From Bacteroidales bacterium (GTDB taxonomy: Bacteria; Bacteroidota; Bacteroidia; Bacteroidales; UBA12077), in contig JANQHR010000002.1 in NCBI GenBank assembly GCA_028282585.1, positions 1 through 40,412 of the forward strand: a DNA stretch of 40,412 nucleotides. The letters are read 5' to 3'. A model generated the notes under the pieces. The model worked only from the letters and a program-made list of their open reading frames with translations, made no database searches and was not told the origin of the DNA. Shown one piece after another: positions 1-9,619 of the stretch (within the stretch, counting starts at the first letter, position 1; each line of letters opens with the position of its first letter). A program made the translations under genes and the position numbers.

Positions 1-28
1 ATAAAGTATAAATCCAAAAGATTTTTAT

Positions 29-62
29 AAAAAAGTAGCTGTAAAACTTAATCTACAGCTTC
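29..62 (-). terminator. Intrinsic terminator after aminotransferase
   Basis: AGCTGTA...TACAGCT stem with a T-run on the minus strand, about 50 bp past the stop. Confidence 0.6.
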
Positions 63-114
63 TCAATTTTTATAGTTTACTTACTTCTGAAATTGCCTAT
101 ATAATTTGCAGATG

Positions 115-1332
115 TTAATAAATTAATTCTTTGTTTAGTTTTTGAAATTCTTTAATTGTTTCTGTTAATCTAAAAATACCTGTGTTAATTTGTTCGATAG
201 TTGGAAACGAATAATTTAATCTTAATGTATTTTTTCCGGAACCATCGCAATGAAATGGCTTGCCTGTAACAAATATCACCTTATTTTCAGCAGCTTTTTT
301 AATTAATTCTTTTGAATCCATATAATCAGGTAGTTTTATCCAAAGAAACACTCCACCGGTTGGTTTAGACCATGTTACATATTCGGGCATATATTTTTTC
401 AATGCATTTAGCATACAAGCAATTTTCTCTTGGTATAATGCAATTGCTCTTTCTATTGTTGCTTTCATTAGTCCTTCTCTTACGTATTGAGCAATTATTA
501 GCTGATTAATAGTAGGAGAACATAAATCAACAGATTGTTTCATTAAAGAGAATTTGTTTACTATTTCCTTTTCTGCCGCTATCCAGCCTATTCGCATACC
601 CGGGAATAACATCTTAGAAAGAGTTTTTAACTGAATAATTCCTTTGCTATTTGTTAAGGCCCATAAACTAGGGACTTTTGAATTGTTGTAGCAAAGCTCA
701 CGGTACGGTGAATCTTCAATGATTGGGATACTATATTTATCGGCAATTTCTATAAGCTTTAACCTCTTTTCTTTGCTCATTGTAATACCCGATGGATTTT
801 GGTAGTCTGGAATTGTATAAATAAACTTTATTTTTTTTCCAACACTAAGTTTTTTTTTAATGATGTTGCTAAGTATTTCGATATCCATTCCATCATTTTG
901 TAATGGAATACCATTCATAATGACCCCGGTTCTTTCAAAGGCCTGAATTGCACCGAGGTAAGATGGTAGTTCCAAAATAATTTCATCACCGGGATCAAGC
1001 ATTACAAGTGAAATTAAATCAAGGCCCTGCTGCGATGATGATGTAACACAAATTTGATCATTTTCAATTTCTTCACCATATTGGTTTGTATGTTCTCTTA
1101 TAGCATCAATAAAATCAGGTTCGCCAATTGTTGGTCCGTATTGCAGCGCTAAGAAACCTTTTTCCTGAAGTACTTCTTCGGTGATTCTGGTAACATCCTT
1201 AATTGGGAAAAGGCTGGGATCTGGCAATCCTCCTGCGAATGAAATAATATCTTTGATTCTGGTATATTTTAAAAGTTCTCTAATTTCAGAACTTTTTGTT
1301 CTTTTTGATAATTCTGAATATTTGATTTCCAT
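115..1332 (-). CDS. PLP-dependent aminotransferase class I/II (LysN/ARO8-like)
   Basis: Motifs ISFAGGLP, YQNPSG, EDSPY, TLSK(PLP Lys)..PGMRIGW. Start moved to ATG 1332 (MEIKYS) because the longer ORF runs through the promoter and operator. Confidence 0.9.
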   Translation of the reverse strand: MEIKYSELSKRTKSSEIRELLKYTRIKDIISFAGGLPDPSLFPIKDVTRITEEVLQEKGFLALQYGPTIGEPDFIDAIREHTNQYGEEIENDQICVTSSSQQGLDLISLVMLDPGDEIILELPSYLGAIQAFERTGVIMNGIPLQNDGMDIEILSNIIKKKLSVGKKIKFIYTIPDYQNPSGITMSKEKRLKLIEIADKYSIPIIEDSPYRELCYNNSKVPSLWALTNSKGIIQLKTLSKMLFPGMRIGWIAAEKEIVNKFSLMKQSVDLCSPTINQLIIAQYVREGLMKATIERAIALYQEKIACMLNALKKYMPEYVTWSKPTGGVFLWIKLPDYMDSKELIKKAAENKVIFVTGKPFHCDGSGKNTLRLNYSFPTIEQINTGIFRLTETIKEFQKLNKELIY

Positions 1333-1377
1333 AGTATTTAGATTAAGTTTTATACTGCCTGATTGTATAATATGGCA

Positions 1378-1422
1378 CAAACTTAACAAGATGTAAACGG
1401 AATTTTCTTGATGATCGTCAAG
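1378..1422 (-). promoter_or_regulatory. Crp/Fnr-type box (1407-1422) plus -7 box TAAGTTTG (1378-1385)
   Basis: CTTGATGATCGTCAAG, 21 nt from the -7 box. Confidence 0.85.
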
Positions 1423-1861
1423 ATTACTTTGATAGAATTGATTCATTTTTACAAGCTAGAAAAACAATAAATTGTGATATGCTCTTTGATTTTTAATAAG
1501 CAGATAATTGCAGTAAAGATGAAACCTGAATGTATTAACTTTCTTTGAAACATTACATAAATAGAAGTTATTATTTTAATACCGAATTCTTATTTGTTTC
1601 TACTGAATTTTTGATGAATTTGACCATAACTTTTTTGGGTATAGGAACTTTGAATTTTTTTTATTTACTTTAGTTAAAGTTTATTTGATTTTTTAAAAGT
1701 GTTTTTTTGATTATAAACTCACCTAAATGATTTGTAAGTATTTATCCTTTAACTGATTTATTTGAATTCAAAAATGCATTTGCTTCAATCGAAAGGGGAA
1801 ATGTATTAACAGGGGATGCTGAAAACCTTATAGAGTAGGCATTAATTTAATTTTTTATAAA

Positions 1862-2026
1862 ATGAAAAAGAAAAAAATGAATTCAAAGTTAACACTTAAA
1901 AAGCAAGTGATTAGCAATCTAAAAGAAGTAAAAGGAGGAAAACCATGGACATTCGGATGCACAATTGGATGCGAGATAAGTGTAGAAATAAATTGTCCGG
2001 GAACTTATCAAGGTGATTGTATCTAG
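1862..2026 (+). CDS. RiPP precursor, class I lanthipeptide-like, 54 aa
   Basis: MKKKKMNSKLTLKKQVISNLKEVKGG-KPWTFGCTIGCEISVEINCPGTYQGDCI: LxLxKx5L leader, GG, core with 4 Ser/Thr and 4 Cys. Confidence 0.8.
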   Translation: MKKKKMNSKLTLKKQVISNLKEVKGGKPWTFGCTIGCEISVEINCPGTYQGDCI

Positions 2027-2116
2027 TATTATCTGATTATTTTACGCTATTCGAGTATAATTAGCAATTATATTTTAAAGCTCGAAAGTAACAGATACTA
2101 AATTAAATCTATCTAA

Positions 2117-2264
2117 ATGAAAAAAAGAAAAGTATCAAAAAATAGGTTTAAATAAAGAAACTATTACCAATCTGAATTTAAAAAATATAAAAGGTGGAGC
2201 ACGTATATCTTTTATTGAAGAACGTTATACTGCAGAAACTGTATGTATTATATTGAAATGTTAG
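2117..2264 (+). pseudogene. Second RiPP precursor, frameshifted in a poly-A run
   Basis: ATG frame stops at 2153-2155; removing one A gives ...KIGLNKETITNLNLKNIKGG-ARISFIEERYTAETVCIILKC*. Confidence 0.7.
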
Positions 2265-2289
2265 ATACTAAGTATTTTTTAGATAATTT

Positions 2290-2315
2290 AAGGTGGGTAT
2301 TTGCCCACCTTTTTT
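2290..2315 (+). terminator. Intrinsic terminator after the precursor pair
   Basis: AAGGTGGGTA-TT-TGCCCACCTT followed by TTTT. Confidence 0.8.
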
Positions 2316-2352
2316 ATTAGAATCTAAAAAACCAACGTTTTGGAAGGTGGTG

Positions 2353-2444
2353 ACCTGCCTGCCCTCCTTCGGCGGGTTAACCGGCAAGGCAGGTGTGCGT
2401 TTGACTTTGTCGTTCTTTATCATTCCCGTGAAAGCGAGAATCTA
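2353..2444. repeat. REP-like palindromes
   Basis: ACCTGCCTGCC...GGCAAGGCAGGT with inner CTTCGG hairpin, then CATTCCCGTGAAAGCGAGAAT; CCTGCCTGC-like core recurs at ~38051 and ~40183. Confidence 0.55.
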
Positions 2445-2582
2445 TTTTCATAATTAAATAGAACTTGTTTGTAATATATTATAAACGCTTTTAGCGTATA
2501 CGGTTCTAAAAAGCCACTACCTTTGGCAGAGGTAATTTACTAATAAAATCTTATAAAGTACGTATTAAATTGTACCTTCTGA

Positions 2583-3837
2583 TTATTCATATTTCAAAAT
2601 TGTAGTAGGATTTACAGATGCATATTTTATGCTTTGAACAGAAACTACCAATAGTGTAATTAGCGATCCTAAAATGCCTGATAAAAGAAATACCCACCAA
2701 TAATTAATAAGGCTAATTTGTACAGAAAAGCTTTGTAACCATTTATTTATAATCCAATAGCTTATGGGCCATGCCAATATGGTTGAAACTCCAACCCATT
2801 TTAGATAGCTAAAACTTAGAAGCTTTACGATTGATTGAACAGATGCGCCTAAAACCTTTCTTACTCCTATTTCTTTAGTTTTTTGTTTTATAATAAATAA
2901 AGATAATCCCAACAATCCAAGGCATGCAATTAATATTGCTAATAAAGTTTAAATGATTAATTTGTCTTTTAAAAGGTCTTTCATTGCTGTATTGATTTTT
3001 CAGGAAATCAGACAAAAAGAAATAATTGAATTCGGCCTCAGGGAATTTATTGGTCCATAATTTTGAGATATGATTTATAGCCTCATTCGTTTGGTTAGGG
3101 TTAACTCTAATATAAATATATGATAGTTTCTCCGGAATTAATTTGAACACCAAAGGCTCAATTTCCTGATGTATCGATTTAAAATGAAAATCCTTAATAA
3201 TTCCTATTATTTCTCCTGTTTTATTATTTGAAGTATTTGAAACAAGCTCGATTTTTTCACCGATCGCTTCATCAGGATTTTGCCAGCCAAAGTTTTTAAG
3301 CGCTGTTTCATTTAAAATATAACGATTATGAGCGGTATCAGTATATTCTTTTTGGTAACTTCTTCCAGCTAATAAGTTCAGATTAAGGGTTTCGATAAAG
3401 TCATAATTAATGTTCATAAATATCATAAAATGGGCATCATCAGTTCCTAATTTCTTCATGCTGGCAGCTTCGTACATATGACTGGTAGTTAATTCAGCGG
3501 CACTCGTTGTATTTTTAAATATTATAGGATTAGATAATAGGTCATTTTTGAAAGAATCATAATTACGTTGTACTGTTTTGCTGTCAACAGGAACTACAAT
3601 CATGTTGTTCTTATTATAGCCAATATCTTTTTTCGCGATAAAATCAAGTTGAAAAAATATGAGCATTGAAAGTATTATAAAACTTATTGAAATAAAAAAC
3701 TGAAAGGTTACAAGGATCATTCTGAAAGAACCCTTTTTATCAGAAATACTTTTTCCAGTCTTTAGTATTTTTAAAGGATTAAAACTTGTTAAATAAAATG
3801 CAGGATATATATCTGATAAGATCCCGGTAAATATCAA
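2583..3837 (-). pseudogene. MacB/FtsX-like ABC permease, 5'-truncated and frameshifted
   Basis: Two ORFs join near 2950 (LVTFQF, IKDFHFKS, then KTKEIGVRKVLGAS); only the C-terminal half of the usual protein is present and there is no good start. Confidence 0.85.
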
Positions 3838-3879
3838 AAATGGATTTTCATAATCGTGTTTTAAAACTAATCAATTCTG

Positions 3880-3953
3880 CAAATAAATACTTTAAAACAG
3901 TTAATGTTCTTGACGATGGTCAAGTAATTTCGCTTAAAAACCGAATAATTTTG
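3880..3953. promoter_or_regulatory. Crp/Fnr-type box (3909-3924) with -7-like boxes on both sides
   Basis: CTTGACGATGGTCAAG; TAATTTTG at 3946 (+) and TTTATTTG at 3880-3887 (-), each 21 nt away. Confidence 0.8.
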
Positions 3954-3985
3954 CCTAACAAATAGAGACCAAAAAATAATATATC

Positions 3986-4843
3986 ATGAAAATAGATAAA
4001 GTTTTATTGGCGGGAGCAACAGGGTATTTGGGAAAGTATATTGCTCATGAGTTATTAGAAAAGGAGTATAATGTAAAATTGTTAGTGCGTAATTTAAATA
4101 AGGTCTCATTTGACCCTAAAAAATTTGAATTAATTCAGGCAGAAGTAACAAGACCCGAAACCTTAGAGGGAATTACCGGCAATATTGATATAGTAATTAG
4201 CACTATTGGTATCACCAAGCAAAAAGATGGCTATACCTATATGGACGTTGATTACCAGGCAAATCTGAATTTACTTGAAGAGGCTAAAAGATCAGGAGTT
4301 AGAAAATTCATTTACGTATCAGCTTTAAATGGTGATAAATTGAAATATTTGAAAATGGTCAAGGCAAAAGAAATGTTTGTTGAACAACTTAAAAATTCCG
4401 GACTGGATTATTGTATTGTTCGTCCGAATGGATTTTTCTCCGATATGACAGAGTTCTTAAAAATGGCAAAAAAAGGAACTGTTCATTTTTTTGGAAACGG
4501 AGACTACAAAATTAATCCTATTCATGGCGAAGATCTGGCAAGAGTCTGTGTAAATGCAATCTATAAATTAGAAAAAACTATTGAAATTGGTGGGCCCGAA
4601 ATATTTACACATAAAGATATTGCACGAATGGCTTTTCAGATTTTGGATAAAAAACCAAAATTTAAATATATGCCCGATGGTATAAGAAAACTTATTTTAT
4701 GGTTCACCAGAGCTTTTACTTCTTCCAAAACTTATGGTCCGATTGAATTTTTTATGACAGTGTTAGCTATGGATATGATTGCACCAACTTATGGAAATTA
4801 TAAATTGAAAACATTTTTTGAAGAAGAAAGACAAAATATTTAA
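3986..4843 (+). CDS. NAD(P)-binding atypical SDR oxidoreductase
   Basis: N-terminal GATGYLG Rossmann motif, IVRPNGFF. Confidence 0.9.
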   Translation: MKIDKVLLAGATGYLGKYIAHELLEKEYNVKLLVRNLNKVSFDPKKFELIQAEVTRPETLEGITGNIDIVISTIGITKQKDGYTYMDVDYQANLNLLEEAKRSGVRKFIYVSALNGDKLKYLKMVKAKEMFVEQLKNSGLDYCIVRPNGFFSDMTEFLKMAKKGTVHFFGNGDYKINPIHGEDLARVCVNAIYKLEKTIEIGGPEIFTHKDIARMAFQILDKKPKFKYMPDGIRKLILWFTRAFTSSKTYGPIEFFMTVLAMDMIAPTYGNYKLKTFFEEERQNI

Positions 4844-4864
4844 CAATTGATAAAGCGAGAATTT

Positions 4865-5395
4865 ATGTCACTAATAAGTTATATTAAAAGAGAAGAAGCA
4901 ACAGGTCAGATTGCTGATATTTATGATATGCTTGAACAGCGAATCAAAGTAATACCTAATGTGGTGCAATTTTATACTGCAAGTCCGGAATTATTCATAA
5001 AGTTTATGGGTTTTGTGGGCCATTACATAGATCATCCAACATTAAATGCTATAACTGTAGCGTACACAAGAATGCTTATTTCACATAAATCGAATGCCGA
5101 CTATTGTGTGAAATTGCAGTCTGGTATTTTAGAAAGCATGAAAGTAACTAAAGTAGACCTTGAATTAGCTAAAAAAGATTATACCAAAATAAATCTTGAT
5201 GAAAAGAATAAAGCGTTGGTTTGTTTTGTTTTGGACATGATGTTTGGTAAGCTGGAAAATGCGAAAGAAAGAATTAACCATCTAAAAGTCTTGGGTTGGG
5301 CTGATAAAGATATTTTTGAAGCCAGTGTGATGGGAGCTATCCAAAAAGGAATGGTAAATGTTATCAAAGCTTTTGAAGTACAACTTGATTTTTAA
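4865..5395 (+). CDS. AhpD/carboxymuconolactone decarboxylase-like protein
   Basis: EEATGQIADIY...VIPN...ADYC pattern with a single Cys; ATG 4865 preferred over TTG 4847. Confidence 0.65.
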   Translation: MSLISYIKREEATGQIADIYDMLEQRIKVIPNVVQFYTASPELFIKFMGFVGHYIDHPTLNAITVAYTRMLISHKSNADYCVKLQSGILESMKVTKVDLELAKKDYTKINLDEKNKALVCFVLDMMFGKLENAKERINHLKVLGWADKDIFEASVMGAIQKGMVNVIKAFEVQLDF

Positions 5396-5431
5396 CTTAT
5401 TGATAAAACCTTAAAAAGGGAAGGCTTTTAA

Positions 5432-6310
5432 ATGGATAATTTTATAAATGAAAAATTATGTAATTCCTGCAAACTTTGCATTGAAGTTTGTCCTTGCAAT
5501 GTAATCGGCGTAAATAAAACTAATAAGGTTCATTTTATTCCAGGAAGAGAATCGATTTGTATATACTGTGGTCAATGCATGGCAATTTGCGGAACAAAGT
5601 CAATTAAAATTGATGGCTATTCCTATGAAAAAGATTTCTTTGATCTTCCTAAAAATGACTTAAATTATACTGATTATATTAATTTTATTTCAAATAGAAG
5701 ATCCGTTAGAAATTTTACGGATAAGAGGATTTCTAATAAGTTAATAAATCAAATAATTGATTCGATTTCTTACGCTCCGTTTGGAGCATCGCCAGAAAAA
5801 ATGTGCATTACGGTTGTAAATAATCGAAAAAAAATTGAATTGGCATTACCATATATATCTAAATTCTTGGATGATATTGTTAAATGGGTTGAGAATCCAA
5901 TAATTTCATTTATTATAAAAAGAAAAGAAGGTATTGAGACTTATAATACTTTAAAAAATCACTTATACCCAATTTCCAAAAAAGGCAATTATAAATTAGC
6001 TGAGGGAGATAGAGTTACCAGGGGTGCGCCTTCTTTAATTATTTTTCATGCAAAAAAAGGAGCTGAGGCACATTCCGATAATTCCTTAATATACGCAACT
6101 TATGTAATGATGGCAGCTCATTCATTGGGGTTGGGATCAATGATGAACGGAATTGTTCCTTCAGCTATTAACAGAGTAAATGAGGTAAGAAATATTTTTC
6201 AAATTCCGAATGGGAATGACGCCGTAATATCTGTGAATATTGGTTATCCAAGGTACAAATATAAAAGAGGAATAAAAAGAAATAGCTTTAATGTAAATCT
6301 AGTCGAGTAA
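5432..6310 (+). CDS. Nitroreductase with N-terminal 2x[4Fe-4S] domain
   Basis: CxxCxxCxxxCP and CxxCxxCxxxC; RRSVRNF; AHSLGLGS. Confidence 0.9.
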   Translation: MDNFINEKLCNSCKLCIEVCPCNVIGVNKTNKVHFIPGRESICIYCGQCMAICGTKSIKIDGYSYEKDFFDLPKNDLNYTDYINFISNRRSVRNFTDKRISNKLINQIIDSISYAPFGASPEKMCITVVNNRKKIELALPYISKFLDDIVKWVENPIISFIIKRKEGIETYNTLKNHLYPISKKGNYKLAEGDRVTRGAPSLIIFHAKKGAEAHSDNSLIYATYVMMAAHSLGLGSMMNGIVPSAINRVNEVRNIFQIPNGNDAVISVNIGYPRYKYKRGIKRNSFNVNLVE

Positions 6311-6327
6311 TAAAACAAAAATTCAAT

Positions 6328-6873
6328 ATGGAAGATATAAAAATTGATAAAACCTGTGTACCATATCCTGGAAAAGGAATATATTGGTTGGTTGCCGCTC
6401 CCTATTTGATTGTTTTAATAGGAGTTACAGCATATTTGTGGAGTTATAATGTGCGTATTGCCATAACATATTTCTCTCTCTATTTAACTTCAACATTACT
6501 GCATGGTTATGTGTGTTCATTTAGTGAGTGTCCTTATAAAGGAACATTTTGTCCTGGAGCTTTCGGATGGTTTCCGGTGGGTAAAATAGCGGGTAAGTTA
6601 AATAAATCAAAAACAAAAAATGATAAGGTAGTGGGTATTCTATTTATGTTTATCATGTTATGTATTGTCGGTATATTCATATTACCACTATATTGGATAA
6701 GTAAACCGGGATTATTATTTAGTATTGCTTATGGAATTTTTATTATCATTCATTTTTTCACTTTTGTGATTTTTGTTTGCCCAAAATGCGCTGGCAGGAG
6801 ATATTGTCCGACTGCCAAACTCTCTAATACACTTAATAAGAAATTATTTAATAAAGAAATCTTGGAAATATGA
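6328..6873 (+). CDS. Four-TM membrane protein with paired Cys clusters
   Basis: Four hydrophobic segments; CSFSECPY..FCP and CPKC....CP. Confidence 0.75.
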   Translation: MEDIKIDKTCVPYPGKGIYWLVAAPYLIVLIGVTAYLWSYNVRIAITYFSLYLTSTLLHGYVCSFSECPYKGTFCPGAFGWFPVGKIAGKLNKSKTKNDKVVGILFMFIMLCIVGIFILPLYWISKPGLLFSIAYGIFIIIHFFTFVIFVCPKCAGRRYCPTAKLSNTLNKKLFNKEILEI

Positions 6874-6945
6874 CAATTCAAACATGGTTAGTTTATTTAA
6901 CCTTGGTACTTATAGCAGTTTCAACCAATAACATTTAGCTTAGAA

Positions 6946-7917
6946 TTATTTAAGGTATTTATTTTTTAGTTTTTCAATAAAATGAGCGGACATATAATAA
7001 ATGTTCATATTCCCATTATCATATCCTTTGTAATTTTTATGAACCGAATTGATATCTTCAAGAGGTTTAGTTTCCAAGTTATTAATAATTCGATTACTGG
7101 CAAAAATAAATATTGAACCATCCTGTGTTACAAACGGACACATTTCATGATTTTCCGAATTAATGGGTTCTCCCAAATTTTCAGGACTGGTCCATTTGTT
7201 ATTTATGTTAAAGCTGATGTATAGATCTCCACGGCCGAAGCTATCATCTCCATATCCCCTGAAAATAATAAAATCTTCATTGGGAGATATGTAAGGATCG
7301 CCCATATCGAAATTTACACCAAGCATTTCGGTAATATCAACTATTTTATAACCTGAATCTTCCTTAATGGCTTTAAAGATTTTGCTTTGCGACCAAATAT
7401 TGAAATATATGGTACCATCTCTGGTAACCGAACAGTAATATTCATTTAACTCTTCGCCAGTTAATATAATTCGTTTGGGTTCTAGCCATTGTCCATTTGC
7501 TTTTTCAACATACCAGTTCTTACTGTTTTTATTGTCAGGCATTGGTCGGCTCGAACTAAAATATATGCGTTTACCATCCGGAGAAAATAAGGGATCAAAA
7601 TCGGAATAAGTTCCTGAAAACGAAGCAATTTTTGGTCTGCTCCAGGTATTATCAGGTTGTAATTCGGTATAAGTAATATACGCATTGCCGGGTATATCTG
7701 TTGTATAATAAAACTCTGTACCATCTGGTGAAAACGTACCATTATATTCATCTGTTGGGCCTGCTATTAATTCAGGTGCTAAAAGTTGAGGTTCACTAAC
7801 TGGCTGTATACCAAAGAAAGGGTCGGTAAGTAATGATTTAGTAGTTTCGGCTTTTTCCGAGCAAGATAAAATTGCTAATAACGAAATTATGAAAAAAGAT
7901 AATTGTTGAAGTTTCAT
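6946..7917 (-). CDS. TolB-like PD40 beta-propeller lipoprotein
   Basis: Lipobox ILSC; repeated FSPDG motifs; PENLGEPINS. Confidence 0.85.
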   Translation of the reverse strand: MKLQQLSFFIISLLAILSCSEKAETTKSLLTDPFFGIQPVSEPQLLAPELIAGPTDEYNGTFSPDGTEFYYTTDIPGNAYITYTELQPDNTWSRPKIASFSGTYSDFDPLFSPDGKRIYFSSSRPMPDNKNSKNWYVEKANGQWLEPKRIILTGEELNEYYCSVTRDGTIYFNIWSQSKIFKAIKEDSGYKIVDITEMLGVNFDMGDPYISPNEDFIIFRGYGDDSFGRGDLYISFNINNKWTSPENLGEPINSENHEMCPFVTQDGSIFIFASNRIINNLETKPLEDINSVHKNYKGYDNGNMNIYYMSAHFIEKLKNKYLK

Positions 7918-7945
7918 TTTATTTTATTTATTTTTAAAAGACAAG

Positions 7946-8287
7946 TTATAAAAATGTTTTAAGAAAATCTCCATCAATAATTAATAGTTTAACACCTGAT
8001 TTAGTAACCGATCTATGTGAGTTTTAAACATTCGAAACTATATAGGTCATTCCGGTGGATCGTTTGAATTCATTTCCATCTCTCATTTCACTGGTAAATT
8101 CTCCTTACAGGCAATGTACAATATGTTCTTTCTTGCACCAATGATCAGCTATTTAACCTTCCGAATATTCAACCAATCTGATTCTTAGCCTATCAAATTG
8201 TTTTGTTTTCCAATAAGCAACACCCTTATGTTCTGTTTTAGGAATATCATCCCAATTTATGTTGTGAAAGAAAATATATAAACTCAC
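7946..8287 (-). pseudogene. DHCW-motif cupin family pseudogene
   Basis: Single frame: FHNINWDDIPKTEHKGVAYWKTKQFDRLRIRLVEYSEG*IADHWCKKEHIVHCL*GEFTSEMRDG...SNV*NSHRSVTKSGVKLLIIDGDFLKTFL; three in-frame TAA. Confidence 0.8.
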
Positions 8288-8318
8288 AAATTCATTCAAG
8301 ATAGATTAAACATAAAAT

Positions 8319-8363
8319 CAAAGCTAAATAATTGTTAAAGTGTTTTTCTTGATGATCATCAAG
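8319..8363 (-). promoter_or_regulatory. Crp/Fnr-type box (8348-8363) plus -7 box TAGCTTTG
   Basis: Perfect 22-bp palindrome TTTCTTGATGATCATCAAGAAA; 21-nt spacing toward the cupin pseudogene. Confidence 0.85.
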
Positions 8364-8455
8364 AAATTAGTACTATTGAGATTTTAAAATGCTGTATCTT
8401 TATTTAAAATATTTTATTAAACTAACTTCGTACAGGTAAAATAAAGTGATATCAA

Positions 8456-9289
8456 ATGATTCAAGATATATATCCACACCGTTTAAGAAATGATTACCTT
8501 GCAGATAGAATTATGGGAGAGGAGGATTTAATCCTGTATTTTAAAGATAATTCTTTTTTGTTAAAAACAAAGGGCGATGAGTATGAATTACCCCGGAAAA
8601 TGGATTTCAATAATACCTTAGAAAGAACAAGCAGTACCTTTTTATTTACGTTAAATGATATACCTTGTTTTTTGATTTGGGATAAACTCAACATAGAAAA
8701 GAGAGAATTTATTTATAAAGAAATAGATTTTTTCAGATATACCAATCAACAAGAAATTGCCTGGGCCAGTATGGTTGGTTTTCACTTGAAAAACTGGTAC
8801 TCACAAAACAAATTTTGTGGAAAATGCGGAACAAAAACTAAACAAAAATCAGATGAAAGAGCTCTTATGTGTCCAAATTGCAATTCGATTATTTATCCAA
8901 AAATTTCTCCGGCTGTTATTGTATCTATTGTTTGTAATGATAAGATTCTACTAGCGCGTGGAGCAAATTGGCCCGAAGACTGGTACTCTTGTGTAGCCGG
9001 ATATGTTGATGTTGGTGAGTCACTCGAAGAAGCTTTAATTCGAGAAGTAAAAGAGGAGGTAGGCGTTGATATTAAAAATATCCGTTATTATAAAAGCCAA
9101 CCCTGGCCTTTATCCGGTTCTATGATGATTGGCTTTGTTGCAGAAGCCAATGATATGCAACCTATTGTAATTGATGGAAAAGAAATAGTGGAAGCCAAAT
9201 GGTTTAATATATCTGACTTACCTAAATTTTCTTCTCGTATTAGTATAGCTGGGGAAATGATTGAGAAGTTCGAGAAAGGAGAATTATAA
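8456..9289 (+). CDS. nudC: NADH pyrophosphatase (NAD+ diphosphatase)
   Basis: Zn ribbon CGKCG...CPNC, Nudix box G..DVGESLEEALIREVKEEVG, SQPWP signature. Confidence 0.93.
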   Translation: MIQDIYPHRLRNDYLADRIMGEEDLILYFKDNSFLLKTKGDEYELPRKMDFNNTLERTSSTFLFTLNDIPCFLIWDKLNIEKREFIYKEIDFFRYTNQQEIAWASMVGFHLKNWYSQNKFCGKCGTKTKQKSDERALMCPNCNSIIYPKISPAVIVSIVCNDKILLARGANWPEDWYSCVAGYVDVGESLEEALIREVKEEVGVDIKNIRYYKSQPWPLSGSMMIGFVAEANDMQPIVIDGKEIVEAKWFNISDLPKFSSRISIAGEMIEKFEKGEL

Positions 9290-9393
9290 TACCAAGTTTT
9301 TATTGAATAACTTTCACCGTTCCCCTAAGAGGGAGAATAAATTTATGAATTTATTTGAACTCAATTGAAACGCTTTTTTTACTTATAAAAAGT

Positions 9394-9600
9394 TTAAAAC
9401 CTGAGTCCAAAGTGCAGTCCGGGTTCAAACAGAAAATAATTAGGTACACTATCTTCAATTGCTGCAAAATCAGCTGGGAAGTTTGCTTTAACGGACCCGT
9501 TGTTGAAAGTAACGGATGGCTCTAAATACCAACGTTTTTGAATAATTTGAATCGGTAACCTAACTTTAATTGAAGGTACATCTTTAAAAATATTTTGTCG
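9394..9600 (-). pseudogene. C-terminal remnant of an outer-membrane beta-barrel-like protein
   Basis: WYLEPSVTF...NYFLFEPGLHFGLRF ends in an alternating strand with terminal Phe; no credible start. Confidence 0.5.
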
Positions 9601-9619
9601 AAAACTATGTAAAACTAAA

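Noticed and set aside
1333-1446. N-terminal extension of the aminotransferase in the ORF track
   Set aside because: It overlaps the -7 box and Crp box, and family similarity begins at MEIKYS
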